Assembly (NCBI GenBank): GCA_036149055.1
Contig: JAYZQJ010000262.1
Span: forward strand, 1 to 64,000
Source of the DNA: Myxococcota bacterium
GTDB taxonomy: Bacteria > Myxococcota_A > Polyangia > Polyangiales > Sandaracinaceae
Direction: 5' to 3'
DNA length: 64,000 nucleotides
The position numbers and the translations under genes were made by a program. The notes under the pieces are model-generated. The model ran no database searches, had not been told where the DNA came from, and saw only the letters and a program-made list of their open reading frames with translations. Below are positions 56,501 to 64,000 of this stretch, one piece after another (within the stretch, counting starts at the first letter, position 1; each line of letters opens with the position of its first letter).

Positions 56501-57202
56501 CGCGCGATCGGGGTGCGGCACCCGGTAGGCCTCGTCCTCGTGCACCACCTCGCCGTTCCACCACACCCGCACCGCGCCGCCCGCGCCGACCCAGAGCGAG
56601 AGCGGCTGCGCGCGCTCGGACTCGACGAAGGTCTCGGCGTAGCCGCAGACGTTGGCGTTCGGCCGGTAGACGGCGTCGAAGGACACGTAGCCATAGCGCG
56701 TGACCTCCGGGTACATGCGCCACGCCACCGGCCGCTCGCGCCCCTCGTAGCGCGCGTCCATGTCGACCGGGCCCATGCGGGCGGCCTCCGGCGGGTACTC
56801 GCGGTCGAAGCCGGTCTTGCCCTCGTTGTCGAACGGGCCGATCACCCGCCAGTGCCGCACGTAGCCGAGCTCCTCCACCTCGGCGCGGCTCGCCTCGAGC
56901 TCGCCCATGCGCACCCGGGCCCGAGCCCGGAGGTTGCGCGCGTAGGCCCGCACCGGCGCGCTCACCCGACGGTCGCCGATGATCCGGTCGAGGTGCCCCA
57001 TCGCGACCTCGGGGCGGACGTCGCCCCAGCGGCGCCACATCTCGAGCAGCGGGAGCATCGCCCGCGGCGAGCGGCCCTGGCGCCGGACCTCGGACTCGAG
57101 CCGCCGATGCTCGGCCTCGAAGGGGTTGTCCTGGGCGGCGGCCGGGATCGAGAGGAGCGACAGCAGGGCCGCGAGGAGGAAACGAACCGGGCTTCGGCTC
57201 AC
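53543..57202 (-). CDS. TPR + DUF3857 + transglutaminase-like domain protein
   Basis: Signal peptide; WRVIGPFDN; TPR; FPDLEPGDVVELQY; RYVALEFG, GDCKDKA, FDHAI, YLDGT triad. Confidence 0.9.
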   Translation of the reverse strand: MSRSPVRFLLAALLSLLSIPAAAQDNPFEAEHRRLESEVRRQGRSPRAMLPLLEMWRRWGDVRPEVAMGHLDRIIGDRRVSAPVRAYARNLRARARVRMGELEASRAEVEELGYVRHWRVIGPFDNEGKTGFDREYPPEAARMGPVDMDARYEGRERPVAWRMYPEVTRYGYVSFDAVYRPNANVCGYAETFVESERAQPLSLWVGAGGAVRVWWNGEVVHEDEAYRVPHPDRAVAMVGAHRGLNRVLVKACATDRTWGFYLRVGDAQGGAPNGVTVRATPDPEAVASIQAGHGVSRLPRAPVAPFAALTEAADGEDASAQALEDLARFLVRTRSDDPAEERARQLAARAADREPTLERLALAAALANQRGESMRFAARARELSADHPDAILLEARMAAGGPSPEAALPILERLPRGTTQHMQGTVLAADILRMLGLPETARARIEEVAALAPGASNWIAQRASAAAASERRDALIALRREVLEARYDDLGSRRVLIDDALTRGEEREVLAQLDAYRALSPASSRTYRMAASIYEALEQMDQAFAMYRQGLEIAPEDASLYVAHGRALLRAGQRDAAAAAFREALAFRPQDRATRELLEQLAPEERMDESFALDRDALLALRGEAGGYPLSVLSDTTVNTVFESGLGSSFHQVAVHVHDEEGARQWRTYAIQFDPDVQRVDIRQARVFRGGQTLSAARTFEQQLGQPWYRIYYDTRALVVVFPDLEPGDVVELQYRVDDVAPRNLFDDYYGALTYLQRSVPVRRMEWVLITPESRAFHFNEPEMPGLEHQQEVADGKRVDRYTVENVPALHQEPSMPGMTEVAPYLHVSTYRTWEDVGRWYWGLIQDQLYADESLRRTVREVVAGAEDTREKVRRIYDWVIRNTRYVALEFGIHGFLPYRVPDIVNRGFGDCKDKASLIYTMLREAGIDARIVLTRTRPNGRIEDLPASLAVFDHAIAYVPELDLYLDGTAEFTGIDELPQMDQGVTVLRVGPDDVTLTRTPVLEASANLRSREVTLRLDADGGGEVDVTETIRGVEAPGYRNRYQAEGLREERLGRAMRGLFPGLELSEHAFENLDDFDRPASLSFEGRAPQLAVRDGRNLRVSPTVLHDLSRNLAPASTRRLPLDLGLRSAYQETRRVVLPRGYTASELPEDGAAESEFGRLAIRVERDGREVRATTEFALNVDRVSPAQYPAFRAWVEQADRLLRQRITLSPGGER

Positions 57203-57323
57203 GGAGGGCTCCGGGAAAGAGGGAGGCGGGACCGTACCCACGCCGGTCCGGGTGGACAAGCAACCCACCACGGATGTTCCCAGGGGGTGGCCATCCCATT
57301 CCGGGGGTGCACCTGGGTTCGCG

Positions 57324-58151
57324 GTGCGACAGCGACGAACCCTCCTCCAGCGCGCCCTCGGGCGTGATCTCGAGGCGCGCGCCGACGCGCTCGCCGGCCA
57401 GATGGGCGACGGCTACGACTGCTTCGGCGCGAGCGCCGACGGCACCGCGCGCGCCCTGGCGCTCACCCGCGGCCTCTACGAGCGCTGGTTCCGCGTCGAC
57501 AGCGCGGGCGCGCACCACGTGCCCTCGACCGGGCCGGTCATCGTCGCCGCCAACCACAGCGGCACCCTCCCCTTCGACGCGGCGATGCTGCACGCGGATC
57601 TGCTCCGCCGCACCGACCCGCCGCGGCTGCCTCGCTCGGTCGTCGATCGCTTCGTGCCGCGGCTCCCCTGGTTCAGCGCCCTCGTGGCTCGCGCCGGCGC
57701 GATCAACGGCACCCGCCGCAACGTCGAGCACGTGCTCGCCACCGGGCAGCTCCTCGTGGTCTTCCCGGAGGGCACGGTGGGCATCGGCAAGCCCTTCGCC
57801 GAGCGATATCGCCTGCAGACCTGGCGGCCGGGGCACGCGGAGCTCGCCCTGCGGCACCGCGCCCCCGTCGTCCCCACCGCGATCGTCGGCGCCGAGGAGC
57901 AGATGCCGATCCTCGCCCGCCTCGAGCGCTTCCACGCGTTCGGCGCGCCCTACCTGCCGATCCCCCTGGTGCCCTTCCCGCTGCCGGTGCGCTACCGGGT
58001 CCGCTACGGGCCGCCGCTCGCGCTCCACCGCGTGTTCCCGGGCGACCCTCGCGACCCCGCCCTCATCCGCGCCGCGGCGGCCGAGGTCGAGGGCGCGGTC
58101 CAGGCGCTGATCGACGAGACGCTCGCCGCGCGCGAGGGCGTCTTCCGATGA
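57324..58151 (+). CDS. Lysophospholipid acyltransferase family protein
   Basis: NHSGTLPFD, VFPEG, PVVP.AIVGAEE motifs; start approximate. Confidence 0.9.
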   Translation: MRQRRTLLQRALGRDLEARADALAGQMGDGYDCFGASADGTARALALTRGLYERWFRVDSAGAHHVPSTGPVIVAANHSGTLPFDAAMLHADLLRRTDPPRLPRSVVDRFVPRLPWFSALVARAGAINGTRRNVEHVLATGQLLVVFPEGTVGIGKPFAERYRLQTWRPGHAELALRHRAPVVPTAIVGAEEQMPILARLERFHAFGAPYLPIPLVPFPLPVRYRVRYGPPLALHRVFPGDPRDPALIRAAAAEVEGAVQALIDETLAAREGVFR

Positions 58152-59095
58152 GCCGCTACCTCCTCACCGGCGCGACGACGCCGATCGGCGCGAGCGTGAT
58201 CCGTCACCTCCTCGCGGCCCCCGACACGGAGCGCATCCTCGCGGTGGGCAACGAGCCCATCCGACCGACCACCGTCGAGATCGACGGCCGCGTCCGCTAC
58301 CGACGGCTCGACCTCACCCGGGAGCGCAACCTCCGGGAGCTCCTCTACGGCCCGTGCCGCGAGGAGGGGGTCGAGGTGATCGTGGACATGGCCGCGCACC
58401 GCCGCTTCGGGGCCACCGGGCCGAGGGCGCGCGCCCTCAACGTGCTGGCCACCCGAAGGCTCCTCGACCTGTCGGCGGATCACCCCTCGATCCGGCGCTT
58501 CGTCTACCGGAGCTGGGGCGAGGTGCACGACGTCGGCGAGGCGCTCCCCTCGCTGGTCGACGAGCTGCACCCGCTCGACCTGAGCCCCGACGCGCCGCAG
58601 TGGGTCCGCGACCGGGTCGAGGCGGACCTGACGGTCTGCGCGCGCATGGCGATGAGCCGCCTCTCGATCGCCGTCCTTCGCGCCGCGGAGTGCCTGGCGC
58701 CCCGGACCGGCAGCCAGCTCCACGACTACCTCGGCGCCGAGGTGTGCTTCCGGCCGATGGGCTACGACCCGATCTTCAACCTGATCAGCGAGCACGACCT
58801 CGGCCGCGCGCTGGCGCTCGCCGCCCGGAGCGACGCCGAGGGCGTCTTCACCATCCCCGGCGCGACGACCCTGCCGCTCAAGGAGATCATCCGCCGCTCC
58901 GCCCGGATCGACGTGCCGGTGCCGGGCCCGCTGATGACACCGCTCTATGGGCTGCGCCGCGCGGTCCGAGGCACGAGCTTCGACTACCGCCTCAACCGCG
59001 GCCGCCTCCACTTCGGCGTCGTGCTCGACGGCCAGCGCGCGAAGCGCCTCCTCGGCTACGCGCCCGAGGTCACCGTCACGTTCCCGAAGGACTGA
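58148..59095 (+). CDS. NAD-dependent epimerase/dehydratase-like (atypical SDR)
   Basis: LLTGATTPIG Rossmann motif; NVLAT; GYDP.FNLISEHD; no YxxxK; ATGA overlap. Confidence 0.85.
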   Translation: MSRYLLTGATTPIGASVIRHLLAAPDTERILAVGNEPIRPTTVEIDGRVRYRRLDLTRERNLRELLYGPCREEGVEVIVDMAAHRRFGATGPRARALNVLATRRLLDLSADHPSIRRFVYRSWGEVHDVGEALPSLVDELHPLDLSPDAPQWVRDRVEADLTVCARMAMSRLSIAVLRAAECLAPRTGSQLHDYLGAEVCFRPMGYDPIFNLISEHDLGRALALAARSDAEGVFTIPGATTLPLKEIIRRSARIDVPVPGPLMTPLYGLRRAVRGTSFDYRLNRGRLHFGVVLDGQRAKRLLGYAPEVTVTFPKD

Positions 59096-59100
59096 AAGGC

Positions 59101-59253
59101 GGCGCCCTCCAGCCGGTGACCCGACCATTCGGGCCCGTCGACCTCGAAAGAGTCCGGCGGAGGGCGCCTCGGGGGTTCTACGTGCGAGCGCGCCGTTCGG
59201 TTTGGGCGGGCACGAGAAACGGTCACCGTTCGGCTGCGCCGGAGGGCGCCTCG
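59101..59253 (+). promoter_or_regulatory. Candidate structured leader with two alternative pairings
   Basis: GGCGCCCTCC (59101-10) is complementary to GGAGGGCGCC at both 59159-68 and 59241-50; internal hairpins include a GAAA tetraloop. Confidence 0.4.
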
Positions 59254-59257
59254 TACT

Positions 59258-60148
59258 ATGGTCGCGCGCGCCATGGTGAAGGGTCTCCTCCGCACGATGC
59301 GACCACACCAGTGGGTGAAGAACCTCTTCGTCCTCGCCCCGGTGGTGTTCGCGCAGGAGCTCTTCGACACCGAGAAGGTCCTCGGCGCGGGGGCCGGCTT
59401 CGTCTGCTTCTCGCTCCTCGCGAGCGCCGTCTACGTGCTGAACGACCTCGTGGACGTCGAGGCGGACCGCGCCCACCCGGTCAAGAAGAACCGCCCGATC
59501 GCGAGCGGGGCGGTCAGCGAGGGCGCGGCCCGGGTCGCGATGGTGGCGCTGGCCGCGGTGGCCCTCGGCGGCGCCTGGTTCCTCGGCGTGTGGTTCCTGG
59601 CCAGCCTCGCCGGCTACCTCACCAACAACATCGCCTACAGCTTCGGCATGAAGCGCGTCGCCTACCTCGACGTGCTCTCGATCGCGCTCGGCTTCGAGCT
59701 CCGGGTGCTCGCCGGCTCCTTCGCCGCCGACGTGCCGCCCTCGGCCTACCTCCTGGTCGTCACCTTCCTGCTCGCCCTCTTCCTCGGGCTCGGCAAGCGC
59801 ATGCACGAGCTCGTGCAGCAGGAGAAGTCCGGCTCGGCCCACAGCCGCAAGGTGCTCGAGCGCTACAGCAAGGGCGTCGTGACCGGCATGCTCTGGGTCA
59901 CCGGCATCGCCACCGTCGCGACCTACGTCGTCTACACGCTCGACCCGGCGACCCGCGACCAGTTCGGCACCGATCTGCTGCCGATCACCTCGGCCTTCAC
60001 CCTCTTCGGGGTGCTGCGCTTCGTGCACCTGGTCCGCAGCCGCCCCGACGCCGAGAGCCCCACCGAGGAGATGCTGAAGGACGTCCCCTTCATCGCGAAC
60101 CTCGTCCTCTGGGGCGCCGCGATCGTCGCGATCATCTACTACGGGTGA
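59258..60148 (+). CDS. Decaprenyl-phosphate phosphoribosyltransferase-like (UbiA family)
   Basis: MRPHQWVKN, YVLNDLVDVEADRAHPVK..RPIASG, AYSF..K, KR..E, ESPTE; alternative start 59273. Confidence 0.93.
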   Translation: MVARAMVKGLLRTMRPHQWVKNLFVLAPVVFAQELFDTEKVLGAGAGFVCFSLLASAVYVLNDLVDVEADRAHPVKKNRPIASGAVSEGAARVAMVALAAVALGGAWFLGVWFLASLAGYLTNNIAYSFGMKRVAYLDVLSIALGFELRVLAGSFAADVPPSAYLLVVTFLLALFLGLGKRMHELVQQEKSGSAHSRKVLERYSKGVVTGMLWVTGIATVATYVVYTLDPATRDQFGTDLLPITSAFTLFGVLRFVHLVRSRPDAESPTEEMLKDVPFIANLVLWGAAIVAIIYYG

Positions 60149-60155
60149 GCGAGCG

Positions 60156-61682
60156 CTACGCCTCGCGGAGGCGGGCGGCCGCCTGCCGGAGGATGTCGTG
60201 GACCTCGGAGCGGTTCGCGGGCTTGACCAGGTGGTGGTCGAAGCCGGCGGAGCGGGTCTTGTCGCGGTCGGCGCGCTGACCCCAGCCGGTGAGCGCGACC
60301 AGGGTCATGCCCGCGGACCAGGGCTCGGCCCGGATGAGCTTGGCGGCGGAGAGGCCGTCGAGGCGCGGCATGCCGAGGTCCATCAGGACGACGTGCGGCA
60401 GGAAGCGCTCGGCGCGCTCGACCGCCTCCTCGCCGTCGGCCGCGGTCTCGACCTCGTGCCCGGCCCGCACCAGCCCGAGCGCGAGCAGCTCCATCGCGTC
60501 CGGGTTGTCGTCGACGACCAGCACCCGGAGGCGCGGGATCTCGCCCTCGCGGATCGGCGGCTCGGAGTCGGCCTTGGCCCGCGCCGACTCGACGACGCGG
60601 GGCAGGCGCACCGTGAACTCGCTGCCCTGATGGGCCCCGGCGCTGCTCGCGCTGATCGCGCCGTCGTGCATGTCGACGAGCGAGCGGGCGAGCGAGAGGC
60701 CCACGCCGAGCCCGGTCTGGCCCTGCAGCGGCCCGTCGCCGCCCTGACCGAAGAGGCGGAAGATGCCGTCGAGCATGTCCGCGTCGATGCCGACGCCGTC
60801 GTCCGCGATCGACACCACGACGTCGTCTCCGTCCCGGCCCATCGAGATGGAGATGCGGCCGCCGGGCGGCGTGTACTTCACCGCGTTCGCGAGCAGGTTG
60901 GTGAAGACCTGCGCCAGCCGGGTCACGTCGGCGTCGACCACCAGCGGCTCGTCGGGCGCGTGCAGCTCCAGCCGGTGCCCGGCCCGCTCGATCTGCGACC
61001 GGGTGGCCTCGAGCGCGCTCCGGATCGCGTCGGCCACGTCCACGTGGTGGCGCCGGAGGGTCAGCTGACCCTGGCGGATGCGAGAGACGTCCACCAGGTC
61101 GTCCACCAGGTGGGTCAGGTGCGCGACCTGCCGGGCCATGATGCCCAGGCTGAGGGCCATCGCGTCGGGGTCCGCGTCGTCGTCGAAGAGCAGCTCGATG
61201 CCCGAGCGGATGGGCGCCAGCGGGTTGCGCAGCTCGTGGGCGAGCGTGGCCAGGAGCGCGTCCTGCCGGCGCTCCGCCTCCGCGTAGGCCTGCTCGGCGC
61301 CGAGATCCCGGAAGACGATCGCGACCCCGGTCGTCCGGCCCTCCGGCCCCACGATGACCTTGGTCACCGCCTTTCGGGGCTCGCCGCTCCGGTCGGTCAG
61401 CTTCCGCTCCCGCGGGCCGCCGTCGCGCAGCGTCTCCTCGACGTCGTCGGTCAGCCCCGGCACCCCCAGCTCGAGGGCCAGCTCGGCCACCGAGCGCCGG
61501 CGCCGCGGCTCGCGGAGGCCGAAGAGCGCCTCCGCCCGGGCGGTGATCCGCACCGTCCGGAGATCGGCGTCCAGCTCCACGAGGGCCACGTCGGCCGCCC
61601 GCAGGAGCGCCTCGACCGCGTCCAGCGGCGGCTCCGGATCCCGTCCCTCTCGCTCGCGCTGGCTCACGTCTTCTTCCTTCAC
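60156..61682 (-). CDS. Hybrid histidine kinase (PAS-HisKA-HATPase-REC)
   Basis: AHELRNPLAP, NLLANAVKY, GLGVGL, VVDDN..MDLGMP..LVKP; start approximate. Confidence 0.93.
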   Translation of the reverse strand: MKEEDVSQREREGRDPEPPLDAVEALLRAADVALVELDADLRTVRITARAEALFGLREPRRRRSVAELALELGVPGLTDDVEETLRDGGPRERKLTDRSGEPRKAVTKVIVGPEGRTTGVAIVFRDLGAEQAYAEAERRQDALLATLAHELRNPLAPIRSGIELLFDDDADPDAMALSLGIMARQVAHLTHLVDDLVDVSRIRQGQLTLRRHHVDVADAIRSALEATRSQIERAGHRLELHAPDEPLVVDADVTRLAQVFTNLLANAVKYTPPGGRISISMGRDGDDVVVSIADDGVGIDADMLDGIFRLFGQGGDGPLQGQTGLGVGLSLARSLVDMHDGAISASSAGAHQGSEFTVRLPRVVESARAKADSEPPIREGEIPRLRVLVVDDNPDAMELLALGLVRAGHEVETAADGEEAVERAERFLPHVVLMDLGMPRLDGLSAAKLIRAEPWSAGMTLVALTGWGQRADRDKTRSAGFDHHLVKPANRSEVHDILRQAAARLREA

Positions 61683-61763
61683 GCGCACGTTGCGGCAGCG
61701 ACGTAGCCCCGCGCCCTGGAGAGCCAAGCCGTCGCGGCAGCGACGGCGCGGCCATCCAGGGCA

Positions 61764-61850
61764 CGTGCCCGTGCCCGAGAAGACTCGAATCCTAGGCCTC
61801 GGTCGTCTCGATCGACGCGGGCACGGGCACGGGCACGGGCATGGGCACGG
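61764..61850. repeat. Inverted (GGGCAC)n hexamer-repeat element
   Basis: cgtgcccgtgcccg (61764-77) faces cgggcacgggcacgggcacgggcatgggcacgg (61818-50). Confidence 0.75.
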
Positions 61851-61875
61851 GGCAGGCCGCGCTGCGCGCGACCTG

Positions 61876-62301
61876 CTAACGCACGTCGACGTCGCGGCCG
61901 AACAGGTCGGCCTCGAAGCGGTCGGCGAAGACCGCCACCTCTCGGACGCGCTTGCTCAGGCGCTCGGGCTCGAGATCGTCGGTCTCGATCGCGCTGGCCA
62001 CCCGCAGGGACTCGGCGCCGTCCGGGCCCTTGGCGAGGTGGAGCGAGCAGTGGAGCGCGCCGACCATGCCGCGGAGGAGGTCGGCGAGGGCCATGCCCTC
62101 CTCGTAGGGCCCGATCGTGCTGCTCAGGTAGAGCAGGTCGCCGGACTCGCCGCCGAAGAGCTGCACGATCTGTCGGCGCGGCTGCGCGCTCTCGTCGTGC
62201 GGGTCGAGGAAGACCCACACGTCGATGAACCAGCTGTCGCCTTCCTTCTGGACGGGCGCGTCGAGGAGCTGCGCGGCCGAGCGGATGATCTCGTCGAGCA
62301 C
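61876..62301 (-). CDS. Hypothetical protein, possible YbjN/type III chaperone-like fold
   Basis: RRQIVQL..LLYLSSTIGP..V.EVAVFADRFEA.LFG.D pattern; GGAG RBS before GTG. Confidence 0.6.
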   Translation of the reverse strand: MLDEIIRSAAQLLDAPVQKEGDSWFIDVWVFLDPHDESAQPRRQIVQLFGGESGDLLYLSSTIGPYEEGMALADLLRGMVGALHCSLHLAKGPDGAESLRVASAIETDDLEPERLSKRVREVAVFADRFEADLFGRDVDVR

Positions 62302-62313
62302 GCTCCGTGTCTC

Positions 62314-64000
62314 TCACGCCTCCTTCGGGCGGGCAAGCCTCGGCGACGATCGCTCCAGCAGGGTGCGCGCCAGGTCGAGCAGCTCGGGGGCCGAGAAGGG
62401 CTTCGCGAGGAAGGCGTCGGCGTAGCGATCGACGCCCTCTCGGCCGGTCTCGTCGGCGTAGCCGGACATCGCGAGGATGCGCGCCGCGGGCTGCGCCTCG
62501 TGCAGGCGGCGGAAGAGCGCCTCCCCGTGCGTGCCGGGCACCACCACGTCGCAGACCACGAGGTCGATGCGCTCGGCCTCGCCCGCCGCGGCGATCGCGT
62601 CGGTCCCGCTCGCCACCGCCGTGACCACGTGGCCCTCGTGCTCGAGGATGCGCACGAGGCGGTCGCGGATGAGCCGCTCGTCCTCGACCACCAGGACACG
62701 CGCGGTCGCGGGCGCCGGGGCCGACTCGGGCGGCGCCTTCGGGCGGAGCGCCGGCTCCTCGTCGGCCACCACCGGCAGGGTCACCTCGAACTCGGTGCCC
62801 TCCGGGCCCGACCGTACGCTCATGTCACCGCCGGCCTGGCGCGCGACGCCGTAGCAGATCGAGAGCCCGAGCCCCGTCCCCTCGCCCTCCGCCTTGGTGG
62901 TGAAGAAGGGCTCGAACACGTGCGGCAGCGCCTCCTCGTCGATGCCCACGCCGGTGTCCGCCACCCGCAGCCGCGCGACGCCCCGCCCGAGGTCGCCGCC
63001 GGGCGCGTCCGGGTCGTGCTGGAGGGAGAGGCTCAGGGTGCCGCCGGAGGGCATGGCGTCGCGCGCGTTGACCGCGAGGTTCACCAGGATCTGGCCGAAG
63101 GCGCTCTCGTCGACCGGGACCCAGAGCGGGTCGTCGGGCACGTCGCACCGCACCTCGATGTGCTCGCCGACCAGGCGCTCGAGCATGCTCACGGTGCTCC
63201 GGAGCAGCTCGGTCGCGTTGGACCGCCTCCCCGCCGACGGCTGCTTGCGGGCGAAGGCGAGGAGCTTGGTGGTGAGCTTGCGCGCCACCTCCGCCGCCTC
63301 GAGGATCTCCTCGCCGTTGCGCGTCACCTCGGCCGGCTCGTCGGGCACCAGCTCGAGCTCGCTCGCCGCGCACACGATCACCGTGAGCAGGTTGTTGAAG
63401 TCGTGCGCGATGCCGCCGGCCAGCCTCCCGAGGCCCTCCAGCCGCTGGGCCTGCTGCAGGCTCTGCTCGAGCGTCACGCGCTCGGTCACGTCGGCCACCG
63501 TGCCGCGCATCCGGGTGCGGCCGCCCTCGCTGACCACGCTGCCGCGGCCCTCGAGCCAGCGCACCGTGCCATCCGGCAGCACCACGCGGTGCTGGACGCG
63601 GTAGCCCTCGACGCCGGCGATCGCGGCCCGGATCGAATTCTCCACGCCCTCGCGGTCGGCCGGGTGGAGCGCCTCGAGGTATCCCTCGAACGTGGGCACC
63701 CAGCCGGGGCGGCCGAACAGGAACGAGACCTCCTCCGACCAGTCGAGGGCGCCGGTCTCGACGTCCCAGCTCCAGGTGCCCATGCGCGCGGCCTCGAGCG
63801 CCGCCCGGAGCTCCTCTTCTCGCTCCCGGAGCGCGGCCTCGGCCCGGCGCCTTCGGTAGGTCTCGAGCGCGAGCGCGGTGATGTCGGCCGCGGAGCCCGC
63901 GAACATGCGCTCGGTCGGGGTCCACCTCCGCGGCGGTCCCACGTGCTCGTGACACACGACGCCGACGCAGACCCCGTCGACCCGCACCGGCGCGTCGAGC
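62314..64000 (-). CDS. Hybrid histidine kinase (GAF-PAS-HisKA-HATPase-REC), 5' end outside window
   Basis: GTWSWD..HPADR..WLEGRG PAS; AHDFNNLL; NLAVNARDAM; EPFFTTK; receiver; frame open to the window edge. Confidence 0.94.
   Translation of the reverse strand, partial: LDAPVRVDGVCVGVVCHEHVGPPRRWTPTERMFAGSAADITALALETYRRRRAEAALREREEELRAALEAARMGTWSWDVETGALDWSEEVSFLFGRPGWVPTFEGYLEALHPADREGVENSIRAAIAGVEGYRVQHRVVLPDGTVRWLEGRGSVVSEGGRTRMRGTVADVTERVTLEQSLQQAQRLEGLGRLAGGIAHDFNNLLTVIVCAASELELVPDEPAEVTRNGEEILEAAEVARKLTTKLLAFARKQPSAGRRSNATELLRSTVSMLERLVGEHIEVRCDVPDDPLWVPVDESAFGQILVNLAVNARDAMPSGGTLSLSLQHDPDAPGGDLGRGVARLRVADTGVGIDEEALPHVFEPFFTTKAEGEGTGLGLSICYGVARQAGGDMSVRSGPEGTEFEVTLPVVADEEPALRPKAPPESAPAPATARVLVVEDERLIRDRLVRILEHEGHVVTAVASGTDAIAAAGEAERIDLVVCDVVVPGTHGEALFRRLHEAQPAARILAMSGYADETGREGVDRYADAFLAKPFSAPELLDLARTLLERSSPRLARPKEA

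Overview
Very GC-rich, gene-dense bacterial chromosome segment. The gene content (PEGA Ser/Thr kinase, MYXO-CTERM and Cys-rich lipoproteins, FHA-sigma54 regulators, several hybrid histidine kinases, DUF3857/transglutaminase pair) points by inference to a myxobacterium, probably Polyangiales/Sandaracinaceae-like. About 50 real CDSs can be supported. Most long Arg/Ala/Gly-rich ORFs in the track are shadow frames. I see no rRNA, tRNA, CRISPR array or transposase. Recognisable housekeeping genes: ftsK, sspB, a sugar ABC transporter, a Crp/Fnr regulator, a diguanylate cyclase and lipid enzymes. Leading candidates for undescribed biology: (1) a translationally coupled PilZ/GNAT-like plus ThiF-nitroreductase (Rv1355c-like) pair behind a tandem palindromic operator, possibly a c-di-GMP-gated N-acyl amino acid/oxazolone-type pathway; (2) a sigma54-promoter-driven ~60-nt hairpin RNA with a UC7 loop, Pxr-like, next to an enhancer-binding-protein gene; (3) a 69-aa stand-alone protein resembling the GyrA/ParC winged-helix N-terminus; (4) a presenilin/SPP-like GxGD membrane protease coupled to Crp/Fnr; (5) a two-state RNA leader before a UbiA-family gene. 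Several families of intergenic palindromic repeats and one frameshifted lipoprotein gene are also present. All family assignments come from motif recognition by eye; no searches were run.
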